DNA of 56,824 bases from Thermoplasmata archaeon (GTDB taxonomy: Archaea > Thermoplasmatota > Thermoplasmata > Lutacidiplasmatales > JAMCUS01). The notes under the pieces are model-generated. The model searched no databases. It had not been told where the DNA came from and saw only the letters and a list, made by a program, of their open reading frames with translations. The DNA lies in assembly GCA_049966015.1 (NCBI GenBank), contig JBMFVL010000002.1:1-56824 (forward strand). Direction: 5' to 3'. The position numbers were made by a program, and so were the translations under genes. Of the stretch, positions 9,744 through 18,418 are shown piece after piece (position 1 is the stretch's first letter; each line of letters begins with the position of its first letter).

Positions 9744-9766
9744 AATTATCAATAAAGAATCTAATG

Positions 9767-10483
9767 TCAATGACCCATATGCTGGATAATAAAAACAGCA
9801 AGGTTGTAGCTGATTATTGTATTCATAATTGCGCTGGAAATTAACAGAGAAAAAAATGAATAGTACAACCAATGTTTTATTTTTTTGATTCTGAGTTTAT
9901 ATATAAACAACAATACGAAAGAAAAAATTCCAAGAATAGGAACGTATAGCTCTACAAATCTAATTGAATATGGTGGATCCCATATTGCCCGTATCGATGG
10001 CAAATACATGAGCAGGTATGTTCCAGTTATTAGGGATATGAATAAATAAAGCAGAAGGGTGTGGGATTTTTGCTTGAATAGTAATATTATTATTAGTAAT
10101 GAAGTAAAACTTAGTATTGCTATTGCTATGATAAGTGCAATATTCACATAATTATTAAATTGAGGATAAAATTTTACAGCCATATTATAGGGTAGTAGCA
10201 ATATTAACATAACAGTCCATAGGAACATTGTGGATAGCATTAAATATGGCTCATATACCAATTTTATTGGTTTAATAATGCCATCAAATTTTATTTTAAT
10301 GCTTAGCATAACATCTTTTTTGAATTTCAATGCTTTCAGCAGCTGTTTTTTCCCAGTATTTAATATATCTAAGCTTTTAGTAAATAATTTAAAGTAAAAA
10401 ATATATACAAAAATGGAAAGCACTGTGGCAATGATTATTTGAGGTATTGCATCGAACAGGTTTTTCCACACAATTATTATCAT
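9767..10483 (-). CDS. hypothetical polytopic membrane protein (about 6-7 TM)
   Basis: Repeated long hydrophobic segments (IIIATVLSIFVYIFYF, MFLWTVMLILLLPY, IALIIAIAILSFTSLLIIILLF, LLLYLFISLITGTYLLMYL, VPILGIFSFVLLFIY). Starts 15 nt after the stop of the 538-aa gene, so likely the same operon. No catalytic motif recognised. Confidence 0.55.
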   Translation of the reverse strand: MIIIVWKNLFDAIPQIIIATVLSIFVYIFYFKLFTKSLDILNTGKKQLLKALKFKKDVMLSIKIKFDGIIKPIKLVYEPYLMLSTMFLWTVMLILLLPYNMAVKFYPQFNNYVNIALIIAIAILSFTSLLIIILLFKQKSHTLLLYLFISLITGTYLLMYLPSIRAIWDPPYSIRFVELYVPILGIFSFVLLFIYKLRIKKIKHWLYYSFFSLLISSAIMNTIISYNLAVFIIQHMGH

Positions 10484-10498
10484 CTTTCCCCCTCCTTT

Positions 10499-12115
10499 TT
10501 ATATTTTTATGAAAGAAAAATGGTTGATCATTGTTATGTCTAGTATATATACAAACTGGACATCGATATAGCCATTACTGTTGAGATGGTAGATGTACAA
10601 ATAAAAATTAATGGTTGTATTGTAGGCCATGTTAACTACAAATGATATGTTAACGCTTACATAATAAATGCTTGTTATGGTCATTGGATTTTCTGGATTA
10701 TGAACACTTGTTGGCAATGAAAAAAAGAAAAATTGCTGCTGTCCACTATTGTTGCTGTTGTTGAACCACATTTGCCATGACTCAAAGTTCCAGGTAGTAG
10801 ATAGATATCTTTTCTGTGCATAAATGTTGAATTTGAAAGCGCTTGTTAAATCCACTACACGTAAAACATCGTTGTAATGGTAGGTGTAATATCCTGCTAG
10901 TGGGGTAATATGGAACCATGCTGTGTTGTTAATATTATCTGTAATCGCAAATGACCCATTTGTTTGCAATACAACCCATCCCCACCATACTGCAGAATCC
11001 ATGTTGAATGCTATTGCTTCGTTGGTACCGTAGGTATCTACATACTCGGCACTGGGAAAAAAAGTTTGACGTGCTGGTGTAATACCATTAGTCGTGGTAA
11101 CGGTAATTTCAGTATCCGTATATATGTATGTATCGTTGGCAACCATCACTACGTAAAGCCAGAACCCCAATTTAGAGGTATCAGCACGCAGGGTTATTGA
11201 TCTTGCACCATTGGGAATCCCGAAGCCAGAGTATGCCCAGCCATTCGCAAATAATCCTAAAACAGAACCATTGAAAGATAATCCATAAATAACATAATAA
11301 GCACTGCCACCATTTGTGATCCATTCATAATCTACTATAGATATTATGGAAGAAGGGGATTGTTTAGATGTAGTTACATATTTACCTGTGCCATAGTTTG
11401 CTACATAGTTGGTTATATATCCTGTTGAGGTAGAGAAGTAATAATCCATGTACATATAATACTTGGGGGATGTGACAGACTGTGTATAAATACTTGCTTC
11501 ATCGTTGGTTATGCTTGTCCAGTTCGACCATCTGTTGGTAAGACCTGCGTTCATAAGCCATACCCATTTTGCTGTGGTAACACCAGAGGTGTAGTTGAAT
11601 TCAAAAACACTGCCATTTCGGCTTAATAACATAACAATGGATCCACCGTATGTTAGGTAGTTTGCACTTGAATTTGATGCAGCAATGCCTACAATCAATC
11701 CATCTTTTGCAGTTGAATTAGGACCACCTGGATAGTAAGGAGACCCCAGTGAAAAGGTTTTGTTTTGATCTTTCGCCCACTCTACCCATGTACTTCCATT
11801 TGTATCAACAAAAAAAGTATTACCCTGTTCGTCGCAATATGTACCAGTCCATCTATGGGATGTTATGTTCATATATACCTGATCATGATAACTGTTCTGG
11901 TGCGTATTGTTCCATAAATTGGGGTATGAATGGTTTTGGTATATGACCATCGGAGATTCAGACGACCCGGATGTATTATAATTATATCCAGTAACCACAG
12001 AGCCCTTGCCAACACCTTCAAATGAAAGGAGTAAAAAGATTGTTACCAACCCTATTGTTGCAATCTTGGTATATAAGATTCCTCCATTTTCATTTGTTAC
12101 TTTCATACTCTTCAC
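10499..12115 (-). CDS. hypothetical signal-anchored extracellular protein, Asn/Tyr/Thr/Trp-rich, many N-glycosylation sequons
   Basis: N-terminal anchor IATIGLVTIFLLLSF. Recurrent NGS-hydrophobic strand motifs (NGSTWVEW, NGSVFEFNY, NGGSAYYVIYG, NGSVLGLF, NGSFAITD) suggest repeated beta units. No enzyme motif seen. Confidence 0.6.
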   Translation of the reverse strand: MKSMKVTNENGGILYTKIATIGLVTIFLLLSFEGVGKGSVVTGYNYNTSGSSESPMVIYQNHSYPNLWNNTHQNSYHDQVYMNITSHRWTGTYCDEQGNTFFVDTNGSTWVEWAKDQNKTFSLGSPYYPGGPNSTAKDGLIVGIAASNSSANYLTYGGSIVMLLSRNGSVFEFNYTSGVTTAKWVWLMNAGLTNRWSNWTSITNDEASIYTQSVTSPKYYMYMDYYFSTSTGYITNYVANYGTGKYVTTSKQSPSSIISIVDYEWITNGGSAYYVIYGLSFNGSVLGLFANGWAYSGFGIPNGARSITLRADTSKLGFWLYVVMVANDTYIYTDTEITVTTTNGITPARQTFFPSAEYVDTYGTNEAIAFNMDSAVWWGWVVLQTNGSFAITDNINNTAWFHITPLAGYYTYHYNDVLRVVDLTSAFKFNIYAQKRYLSTTWNFESWQMWFNNSNNSGQQQFFFFSLPTSVHNPENPMTITSIYYVSVNISFVVNMAYNTTINFYLYIYHLNSNGYIDVQFVYILDITMINHFSFIKI

Positions 12116-12196
12116 TCTCTGTATTTTCCACCATCTAATTTAGATTCACATGCTGTAATAGCAAATTTAAAATAAAAAATCAAAAGGTTTTTGTGA

Positions 12197-12811
12197 TTAT
12201 CCGCGTATGTTGTATTGGATTGTTACTGTATCAGATCCTGAACCAGGTACTAGGTAGAAACCTATGTAAAGTGCAGTACCGGTGGTTAGTAATCCTATTC
12301 TGCCAGAAGAGCTACCTGGAGTTGATAATGATATCCCGCTTGCTGTCGAGGTTCCATTATCCCATGTACTACCGCTCACAGACAATGGATTGGTACCGTA
12401 ATAAAGTTCATCTCCACCTGGCAATCCTGGTGTACCAGTTACATTGATCCAGACGGATACTGCATGTTTTAATCCAGATGTACCATTGTAAATCACATAA
12501 ACGTTTATAAGGTCTGTGTATGTACTACCTGCAGTTCCATTAATATAAATTGGTGTTACTGCATATATACCCCCACTAGTCTGCTGGTTCGCATAGGTTA
12601 ATCCCATGCTGTGTGCAGTTGCATAATTTGGGCCCTGTTCTAAATAAACCTCTGCGGTTGCACTACTACCTGTTAACGTATACTCGTATGATATGACCAC
12701 TGTTGCTATTGTCATTGCTGGCAACATCAATGCCGTTACTAAAACTACTGCCCATAACAACTTCTTTTTCTTTCCCTCGTTCATTCTTTCTATTTTTTCC
12801 AAAAGCCTCAT
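12197..12811 (-). CDS. hypothetical small signal-anchored extracellular beta-rich protein
   Basis: KKKKLLWAVVLVTALMLPAMTIATVV signal/anchor followed by about 165 aa of Thr/Ser/Gly/Tyr-rich sequence with sequons (NGT, NVT, NGT). An alternative start at Met10 (12784) is possible. It is the first gene of the putative 3-gene unit. Confidence 0.55.
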   Translation of the reverse strand: MRLLEKIERMNEGKKKKLLWAVVLVTALMLPAMTIATVVISYEYTLTGSSATAEVYLEQGPNYATAHSMGLTYANQQTSGGIYAVTPIYINGTAGSTYTDLINVYVIYNGTSGLKHAVSVWINVTGTPGLPGGDELYYGTNPLSVSGSTWDNGTSTASGISLSTPGSSSGRIGLLTTGTALYIGFYLVPGSGSDTVTIQYNIRG

Positions 12812-12920
12812 TCGCTATCACCCTCTAATTAATAAATGGTAATACAATATATATATATTATTATAAATAGTGGACAATATCCAGCGTTCATAAAAATTTC
12901 GCAATAGATGAATTATTCAT

Positions 12921-12971
12921 GCTTTACTTTTTTTATATCAAAAGGGGTTAATATGTTTTAAAAAGTAAAGC
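12921..12971. promoter_or_regulatory. perfect 12-bp inverted repeat (GCTTTACTTTTT-N27-AAAAAGTAAAGC) in the divergent region upstream of alaS
   Basis: Arms at 12921-12932 and 12960-12971 are exact reverse complements. The element ends 45 nt before the alaS ATG (13016) and lies about 110 nt from the start of the divergent 204-aa gene. Confidence 0.35.
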
Positions 12972-13015
12972 GTAAAATAGATAACAAATATTAATGATAT
13001 AAGGTATTGATCATT

Positions 13016-15547
13016 ATGGATTTGAAATACTTTACAGATAATGGTTTCGTTAGAAATCAGTGTGTTAAATGTGGGGCATTCTTTTGGGCAAAGGAAAAAA
13101 GGGAGGTTTGTTCTGAAAATCCATGCATGCCCTATTCTTTTTCTGATAACCCGCCTACAAAAAAGGCGTATAACATAGATGAAATGCGTTCTGAATTTAT
13201 TGAATTTTTTAAAAGAAACAATCATACGTATATTAGGAGATATCCAGTTGTTGCTAGATGGAGGGATGATGTTTTTTTTACCCAGGCTTCTATATACGAT
13301 TTTCAACCCTGGGTAACAAAAGGTATTATAGACCCACCTGCAAACCCACTTGTTATTTCACAACCTTGCCTAAGATTCAATGATTTGAATGAGGTGGGTT
13401 ATTCAGGAAGGCATTTCACCTTTTTCGAGATGATGGCCCACCATGTATTTAATACAGAAAAGGAACAGATTTATTATAAAGACAAAACTGTTGAACTTTG
13501 CCATACTTTTCTAACGCAGGATCTGGGTATAGACGAAAAAGAGATATCATACAAAGAAGAATGGTGGGAAGGAGGGGGAAATGCTGGCAATTCACTTTCT
13601 GTTGGCGTTAGAGGACTTGAAGTTGCCACCCTTGTTTTCATGGAATTCATCAAGGATCATGACAACCTTATTCCAATGCCCATAAAAGTTGTGGATACAG
13701 GATATGGATTGGAACGCCTTACGTGGATATCCAATGGGGGGAATACCGCATATGATATTGTTTTTAAGGAATACTTATCAGGATATGAAAACTTATTAGG
13801 AAAAATGCAGGAAAGCAACAAAAATCTCTATTATATTCTGGCAGATCATACAAGGTCACTTATTTACATGCTTTACGATGGTGTTGTTCCTTCTAATGTG
13901 AAAGAAGGATATTTTGCCCGTTTGCTTATCAGAAGAATGATCAATGCCATAAATAAAATCAATCCATCATGTTCCTTGAAAGAGGTTGTAAAGATAGGTA
14001 TTGCTATTGAGTCCAAAAAGGAGGATTTTAAATCATTTGAAAAAGAAATTTTGGATATGATTGATTATGAAACACAGAGGTACAATGAAACCCTGAAAAA
14101 AGGCAAATCGATCATTAAAAAAATAGAGGATAACATGGTAAAGGAAGGAAAAAATTTTGATGCTGAAACCTTGGTTATGCTATATGAAAGCAATGGATTG
14201 CATCCAGATATTGTTAAGGAAATTGCAACGATTCCTGTAAATATACCAGATAACTTTTTCGATTTGGTATCCAAAAAGAGTGAAGGACAAGAACATAAAT
14301 CCAAAAACGAGGTTATCAATTTACCAGATACTAAAATACTTTATTACAATAATCCATACGTAATGGATTTTACTTCGAAAATTGTTGCCATACACGGAGA
14401 TGCCGTTGCTCTTGATGAAACATATTTTTATCCTACAGGAGGGGGGCAAATCACAGATATTGGTTATATCAATGGGCATGAAGTGTTTGATGTTGAAAGA
14501 TACGGTAAGACTGTGCTCCATCATTTAAAAGGGGATGTTAACGAATTTCATGTAGGGGATGTGGTAAAATGCACTATAAACAGGGAACGCAGGTTGAGGT
14601 TGATGCGCCATCATACCGGTGCCCATTTGATCAATGGTGCAGCACGTAGAGTTTTAGGAAGACATATATGGCAGGCAGGTGCATTTAAGGGAGTTGATAA
14701 TGCTAGAATCGATCTTACCCATTATAAACCTTTGACAGAGAAAGAGATCATGGATATCGAAGGACTTGCTAATAAAATCATATTTTCCGCAATAAAAATA
14801 GACAGTACATTTATGGAAAGGACATTGGCTGAGGAGAAGTATGGATTCTCTATATATCAAGGAGGAGCTGTTCCTGGTAAAACTTTGCGCATTATAGATA
14901 TTGAAGGCTTTGATGTAGAAGCTTGTGGAGGCACACATTGCACAAATACCTCTGAAGTATCTTTAATTAAAATTACTAATGTCAAAAGGCTACAAGACGG
15001 AATCGTTCGGATTGAATATTGCTGTGGAGATCTGGCATATGAAAAAATTTTAAAAGAGGAACATAATTTGAAGGAAATAGCGCACCTTTTGGAGGTAGAT
15101 GAAAGCCAGTTATTAAGTAAGATAATAACTCTTAAGGAGAGTTTAGAAAAAATTCATATTAATTCTGATGAAAAGGCTAGATCGATAGAGGCTCGGATTA
15201 TTGAAACAATAGAAAAGAACGTTATAAGCATAGGAAAATCAAAGCTTTATGTCTATGATTTTGAGGACGGCACAAACATTAAAAAGATGCTTAAGCGTTT
15301 TACATCATCAGATTACTCCGTTGCCTTGTTTGGTAACAGAAATACCATTTACATTGCACAATCCTATAACAATAACATTGATTTTAAGCAATTGGATGAA
15401 TCAAAGAACAGATGGAAACTTACAGGGGGAGGAAGCAGAACAATTGTATCTTATTTAATTCCAGACGAGAGTATGCCTAAAAAAAATGAAATATTCAATG
15501 ACTTTATCCATACGTTGAAGAGTTTAATGGGTAATGCTTGGGATTAA
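13016..15547 (+). CDS. alaS: alanine--tRNA ligase (archaeal type)
   Basis: Archaeal AlaRS N-terminus FVRNQCVKCGAFFW. Class II core FFEMMAHH. Editing-domain zinc motifs HTGAHL and EACGGTHC. ATG at 13016, whereas the ORF track uses TTG at 13007. Confidence 0.93.
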   Translation: MDLKYFTDNGFVRNQCVKCGAFFWAKEKREVCSENPCMPYSFSDNPPTKKAYNIDEMRSEFIEFFKRNNHTYIRRYPVVARWRDDVFFTQASIYDFQPWVTKGIIDPPANPLVISQPCLRFNDLNEVGYSGRHFTFFEMMAHHVFNTEKEQIYYKDKTVELCHTFLTQDLGIDEKEISYKEEWWEGGGNAGNSLSVGVRGLEVATLVFMEFIKDHDNLIPMPIKVVDTGYGLERLTWISNGGNTAYDIVFKEYLSGYENLLGKMQESNKNLYYILADHTRSLIYMLYDGVVPSNVKEGYFARLLIRRMINAINKINPSCSLKEVVKIGIAIESKKEDFKSFEKEILDMIDYETQRYNETLKKGKSIIKKIEDNMVKEGKNFDAETLVMLYESNGLHPDIVKEIATIPVNIPDNFFDLVSKKSEGQEHKSKNEVINLPDTKILYYNNPYVMDFTSKIVAIHGDAVALDETYFYPTGGGQITDIGYINGHEVFDVERYGKTVLHHLKGDVNEFHVGDVVKCTINRERRLRLMRHHTGAHLINGAARRVLGRHIWQAGAFKGVDNARIDLTHYKPLTEKEIMDIEGLANKIIFSAIKIDSTFMERTLAEEKYGFSIYQGGAVPGKTLRIIDIEGFDVEACGGTHCTNTSEVSLIKITNVKRLQDGIVRIEYCCGDLAYEKILKEEHNLKEIAHLLEVDESQLLSKIITLKESLEKIHINSDEKARSIEARIIETIEKNVISIGKSKLYVYDFEDGTNIKKMLKRFTSSDYSVALFGNRNTIYIAQSYNNNIDFKQLDESKNRWKLTGGGSRTIVSYLIPDESMPKKNEIFNDFIHTLKSLMGNAWD

Positions 15548-16073
15548 GTAAGGTGATTATAGAATCCAGTAAACTTTTTTCTTTTTCGTTAAAAGCACGT
15601 TCATCTAGAAAAGATATGAATAAAGACCCGTAGATGTAGGAATCGTCAGATATGTTTCCTATAAGTTTGAACACTTTTTCAAATCCATTGTAAAACATCA
15701 TATATTCCAGGTTATCTAAAATTATTAAAGCACTTTCGTTGTACTTTCCCATAAACTCCTCGATTTTCATGTGCATTATAGTTGTCTCTGTCGGTTTTAT
15801 AATATCCTCGTCGTCACCTTTTTCTGAAAGCCAATATACATTGCTTATTGAATACTTTACCAATTCGCTCAATATAGAGGGATGGGTTCTTGTGATAAGA
15901 AATATATTTTTTTTATCATGTGCTATGCTGGTTATTGTTCTCAGCATATCATTTTTATCTTTTACTCCATGACATAGCAATGAAAATGAACCTTTATGGC
16001 TGGATATCACATCCTCAATACTTATGTCGTTGTAAATAGTGCCCATCGATTCTTCGCCTAACCCTTCTTGCAT
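15504..16073 (-). CDS. hypothetical cytoplasmic protein, DUF835-like
   Basis: Pattern IFLITRTHPSIL...VYWLS...IIKPTE...ALIILDNLEYMMFYNGFEKVFKLIGNISD resembles the archaeal DUF835 domain. Recognised by eye only. The 3' end overlaps the alaS 3' end by 44 nt (convergent). Confidence 0.45.
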   Translation of the reverse strand: MQEGLGEESMGTIYNDISIEDVISSHKGSFSLLCHGVKDKNDMLRTITSIAHDKKNIFLITRTHPSILSELVKYSISNVYWLSEKGDDEDIIKPTETTIMHMKIEEFMGKYNESALIILDNLEYMMFYNGFEKVFKLIGNISDDSYIYGSLFISFLDERAFNEKEKSLLDSIITLLNPKHYPLNSSTYG

Positions 16074-16160
16074 TAATAATAGGATGATTTTTTAGCAATA
16101 TATATTTTGTTAATCTTTTATCCTTATAGAGATTTTTGTATTGTAGCAACATTACACTGT

Positions 16161-17015
16161 TTAAAGTTTAGTTGAATATTCGTATGCCATGTCACCCTCC
16201 CGTTTATTGCCAAGAGAATAAGCCATTTCAGCTTTATTAATCCATGCTTCTTTCAATTGTGGATTGCTTTTAGTTGATTTATCGTAGCAGGCATAGGCTT
16301 CACTTTTTCTTCCCATTTTTTCCAATATGACGCCCATGTTGTTCCATGCTATCCCGTTATTGGGATTGGCTTTTATCGAATCTTGATAATTTGCTAATGC
16401 TGTACTGGAGTTCGTTTCATGATTGATAATTCCTTTTAGTAATAAATTCATATAATAGTTGGGAACAAGTTCATCTAATAATATAGCTCTCTCCATTGCT
16501 CCATTTACGTTGTTGATGTTTTTAAAACATATTGCCTGGTTAAAAATAGAGGCATATGGATTGTAGCCATAATCAAGAGATAAATTGAATGCAATTATAG
16601 CGTTCGTAAAGTCACCTTTTAGCATTAAATTCATCCCGTTATTGAAAAAAAGGCTCCCCTTTTTTAAAACGTATTTCATTGCTTCATATCCAGATAAAGC
16701 CGCTACAATAGCTAAAAATATACCTACGTACCACATATTGAAAAAATAAGGGATTACTCCAATAATTGGTATTATTACAGCTATTACAAGGATATAGTAA
16801 AATTTGTTTTTGTATGTAAACGGAGAGATTTCAAACTCATTGATATTGTATGTTTGACCTTGTACAGGTGCAGTTGGTTTGGGAATAGGTGCGTTGATAG
16901 GGGTAGGTGAATATATTGTGTTAGGTGGGAGAGGCCTGCCACATATAGAACATTTCTCGTTTTCTGCGGGGTTTAGGCTTCCGCACGTTGGACATTTTTT
17001 GTATTGCATAGACAT
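16161..17015 (-). CDS. zinc-ribbon / transmembrane / TPR-repeat protein
   Basis: N-terminal double zinc ribbon CPTCGSLNPAENEKCSICG. Two TM helices (FYYILVIAVIIPIIGVIPYFF, VGIFLAIVAALSGY). C-terminal TPR-like repeats (ANYQDSIKANPNNGIAWNNMGVILEKMGRKSEAYACYDKSTKSNP). Start taken at the internal ATG 17015; the ORF-track start at 17060 would overlap the tiaS promoter. Confidence 0.6.
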   Translation of the reverse strand: MSMQYKKCPTCGSLNPAENEKCSICGRPLPPNTIYSPTPINAPIPKPTAPVQGQTYNINEFEISPFTYKNKFYYILVIAVIIPIIGVIPYFFNMWYVGIFLAIVAALSGYEAMKYVLKKGSLFFNNGMNLMLKGDFTNAIIAFNLSLDYGYNPYASIFNQAICFKNINNVNGAMERAILLDELVPNYYMNLLLKGIINHETNSSTALANYQDSIKANPNNGIAWNNMGVILEKMGRKSEAYACYDKSTKSNPQLKEAWINKAEMAYSLGNKREGDMAYEYSTKL

Positions 17016-17078
17016 TATGCATTCTAAAAGTATATCGTATAATATAAGTATTTCTAACATATTGTTTTTTGTTAGGCA

Positions 17079-18413
17079 ATGTATATTGGCATTGATGATA
17101 CAGATTCAGGGAAGGGCTCATGCACTACCTACGTACTTACGGAAGTTATTAGGAGCATGAGCTTGGAATATGATATTATAGGGTATCCTAGGCTTGTAAG
17201 GCTCAATCCTAACATACCATGGAAAACGAGGGGGAATGGTGCACTTTCATTGCGTATTGGGAAAGGGTCAGGTAAAAAAAAGTTATGTGGTATGATAGGG
17301 GATGTAGAATATTATTGTTATGAGAGGGGAATTAATGCAGAAAATAAAGAGTTGGTTTTGGGTAAAATAAAACCGATTGTTGAAAAATTAGCAAGGGTTG
17401 AAGACCCTAATACAAATCCTGGAATTGTTGTATCAGAAAAAAAATTTTCTCAATCCCTTTATTGGGATGCAGTAAGAGATGTACTATCCATAGATTATGT
17501 TAAGAATGTTGTAGAAACACAGAATGCATTGTATAAAATGTACAAAAATGGAAGAGGGATTATAGGTGCAAGTGCTGCAATATCATGGCGTCCTTTGAGA
17601 AAAACATATGAATTGATTTCTTATCGTGATTCTTCAAGATGGAATGAAACTAAGAGGGAGGTTGATGAATCTACAGTAAAATGGCTTGAATACAATGAAG
17701 ATTTGCTTTTTAATACATATGATGCTTTTAACCATCATTCATGCATTTCTCCACATACTACCTGTCCTATTTTATATGGTGTTAGGGCATTGAATCCAAA
17801 AAAATTGTTAGAAATCAGGAATACCATTAAATCAGAAAAGGTTGATCGCTGGTTTATATACGAAACCAATCAAGGGACAGACGATCATATTGTAAAATCC
17901 AGTATTAAAAATTTAAGAGCTTTTGGTTCTTATAAAATTCATGGCCATGTTGTGAAATATCCTGTAAAAATCAACGGTGGACATGCCTTTGTTGAAATTG
18001 CAGATAATACAGGTTCAATAATACTTGCATTCTATAGTGAATCAGGGCAAATGAATAAAATTGCTACACTGCTTATTCCAGGGGACTATGTTTGTGCCTA
18101 TGGCAGTGTAAAAGAGGGGCTTCATGGATACCAGATGAATGTAGAGAAACTTATCATTAAAAAATTAGCTTTGAAAAATATAAAAATTTCTAATCCAGTA
18201 TGTGATATATGTGGAAAGAGGATGAAATCATACGGTAAAGGAGGATATAGATGCAAAACATGCCATACTAAAAAGCCAAAAGATAAGGCATCTTTTTCAT
18301 ACATCGATAGAGGGATAAACATAGGGGTTTATGTTCCGCCTACTTCAAGGTTTAGACATTTAGCCATGCCACCTAAAATTGCACCTTTTTTGAGAAGGAT
18401 TGTTGATTGTTAA
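17079..18413 (+). CDS. tiaS: tRNA(Ile2) 2-agmatinylcytidine synthetase
   Basis: Diagnostic N-terminus MYIGIDDTDSGKGSCTTY, an OB-like middle region and the C-terminal zinc ribbon CDICGKRMKSYGKGGYRCKTC. Confidence 0.85.
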   Translation: MYIGIDDTDSGKGSCTTYVLTEVIRSMSLEYDIIGYPRLVRLNPNIPWKTRGNGALSLRIGKGSGKKKLCGMIGDVEYYCYERGINAENKELVLGKIKPIVEKLARVEDPNTNPGIVVSEKKFSQSLYWDAVRDVLSIDYVKNVVETQNALYKMYKNGRGIIGASAAISWRPLRKTYELISYRDSSRWNETKREVDESTVKWLEYNEDLLFNTYDAFNHHSCISPHTTCPILYGVRALNPKKLLEIRNTIKSEKVDRWFIYETNQGTDDHIVKSSIKNLRAFGSYKIHGHVVKYPVKINGGHAFVEIADNTGSIILAFYSESGQMNKIATLLIPGDYVCAYGSVKEGLHGYQMNVEKLIIKKLALKNIKISNPVCDICGKRMKSYGKGGYRCKTCHTKKPKDKASFSYIDRGINIGVYVPPTSRFRHLAMPPKIAPFLRRIVDC

Positions 18414-18418
18414 TATGT

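Noticed and set aside
12938-13306. 122-aa minus-strand ORF spanning the alaS promoter and N-terminus
   Set aside because: It overlaps the highly conserved AlaRS N-terminal coding region. Its composition is basic, Ile/Phe-rich and implausible.
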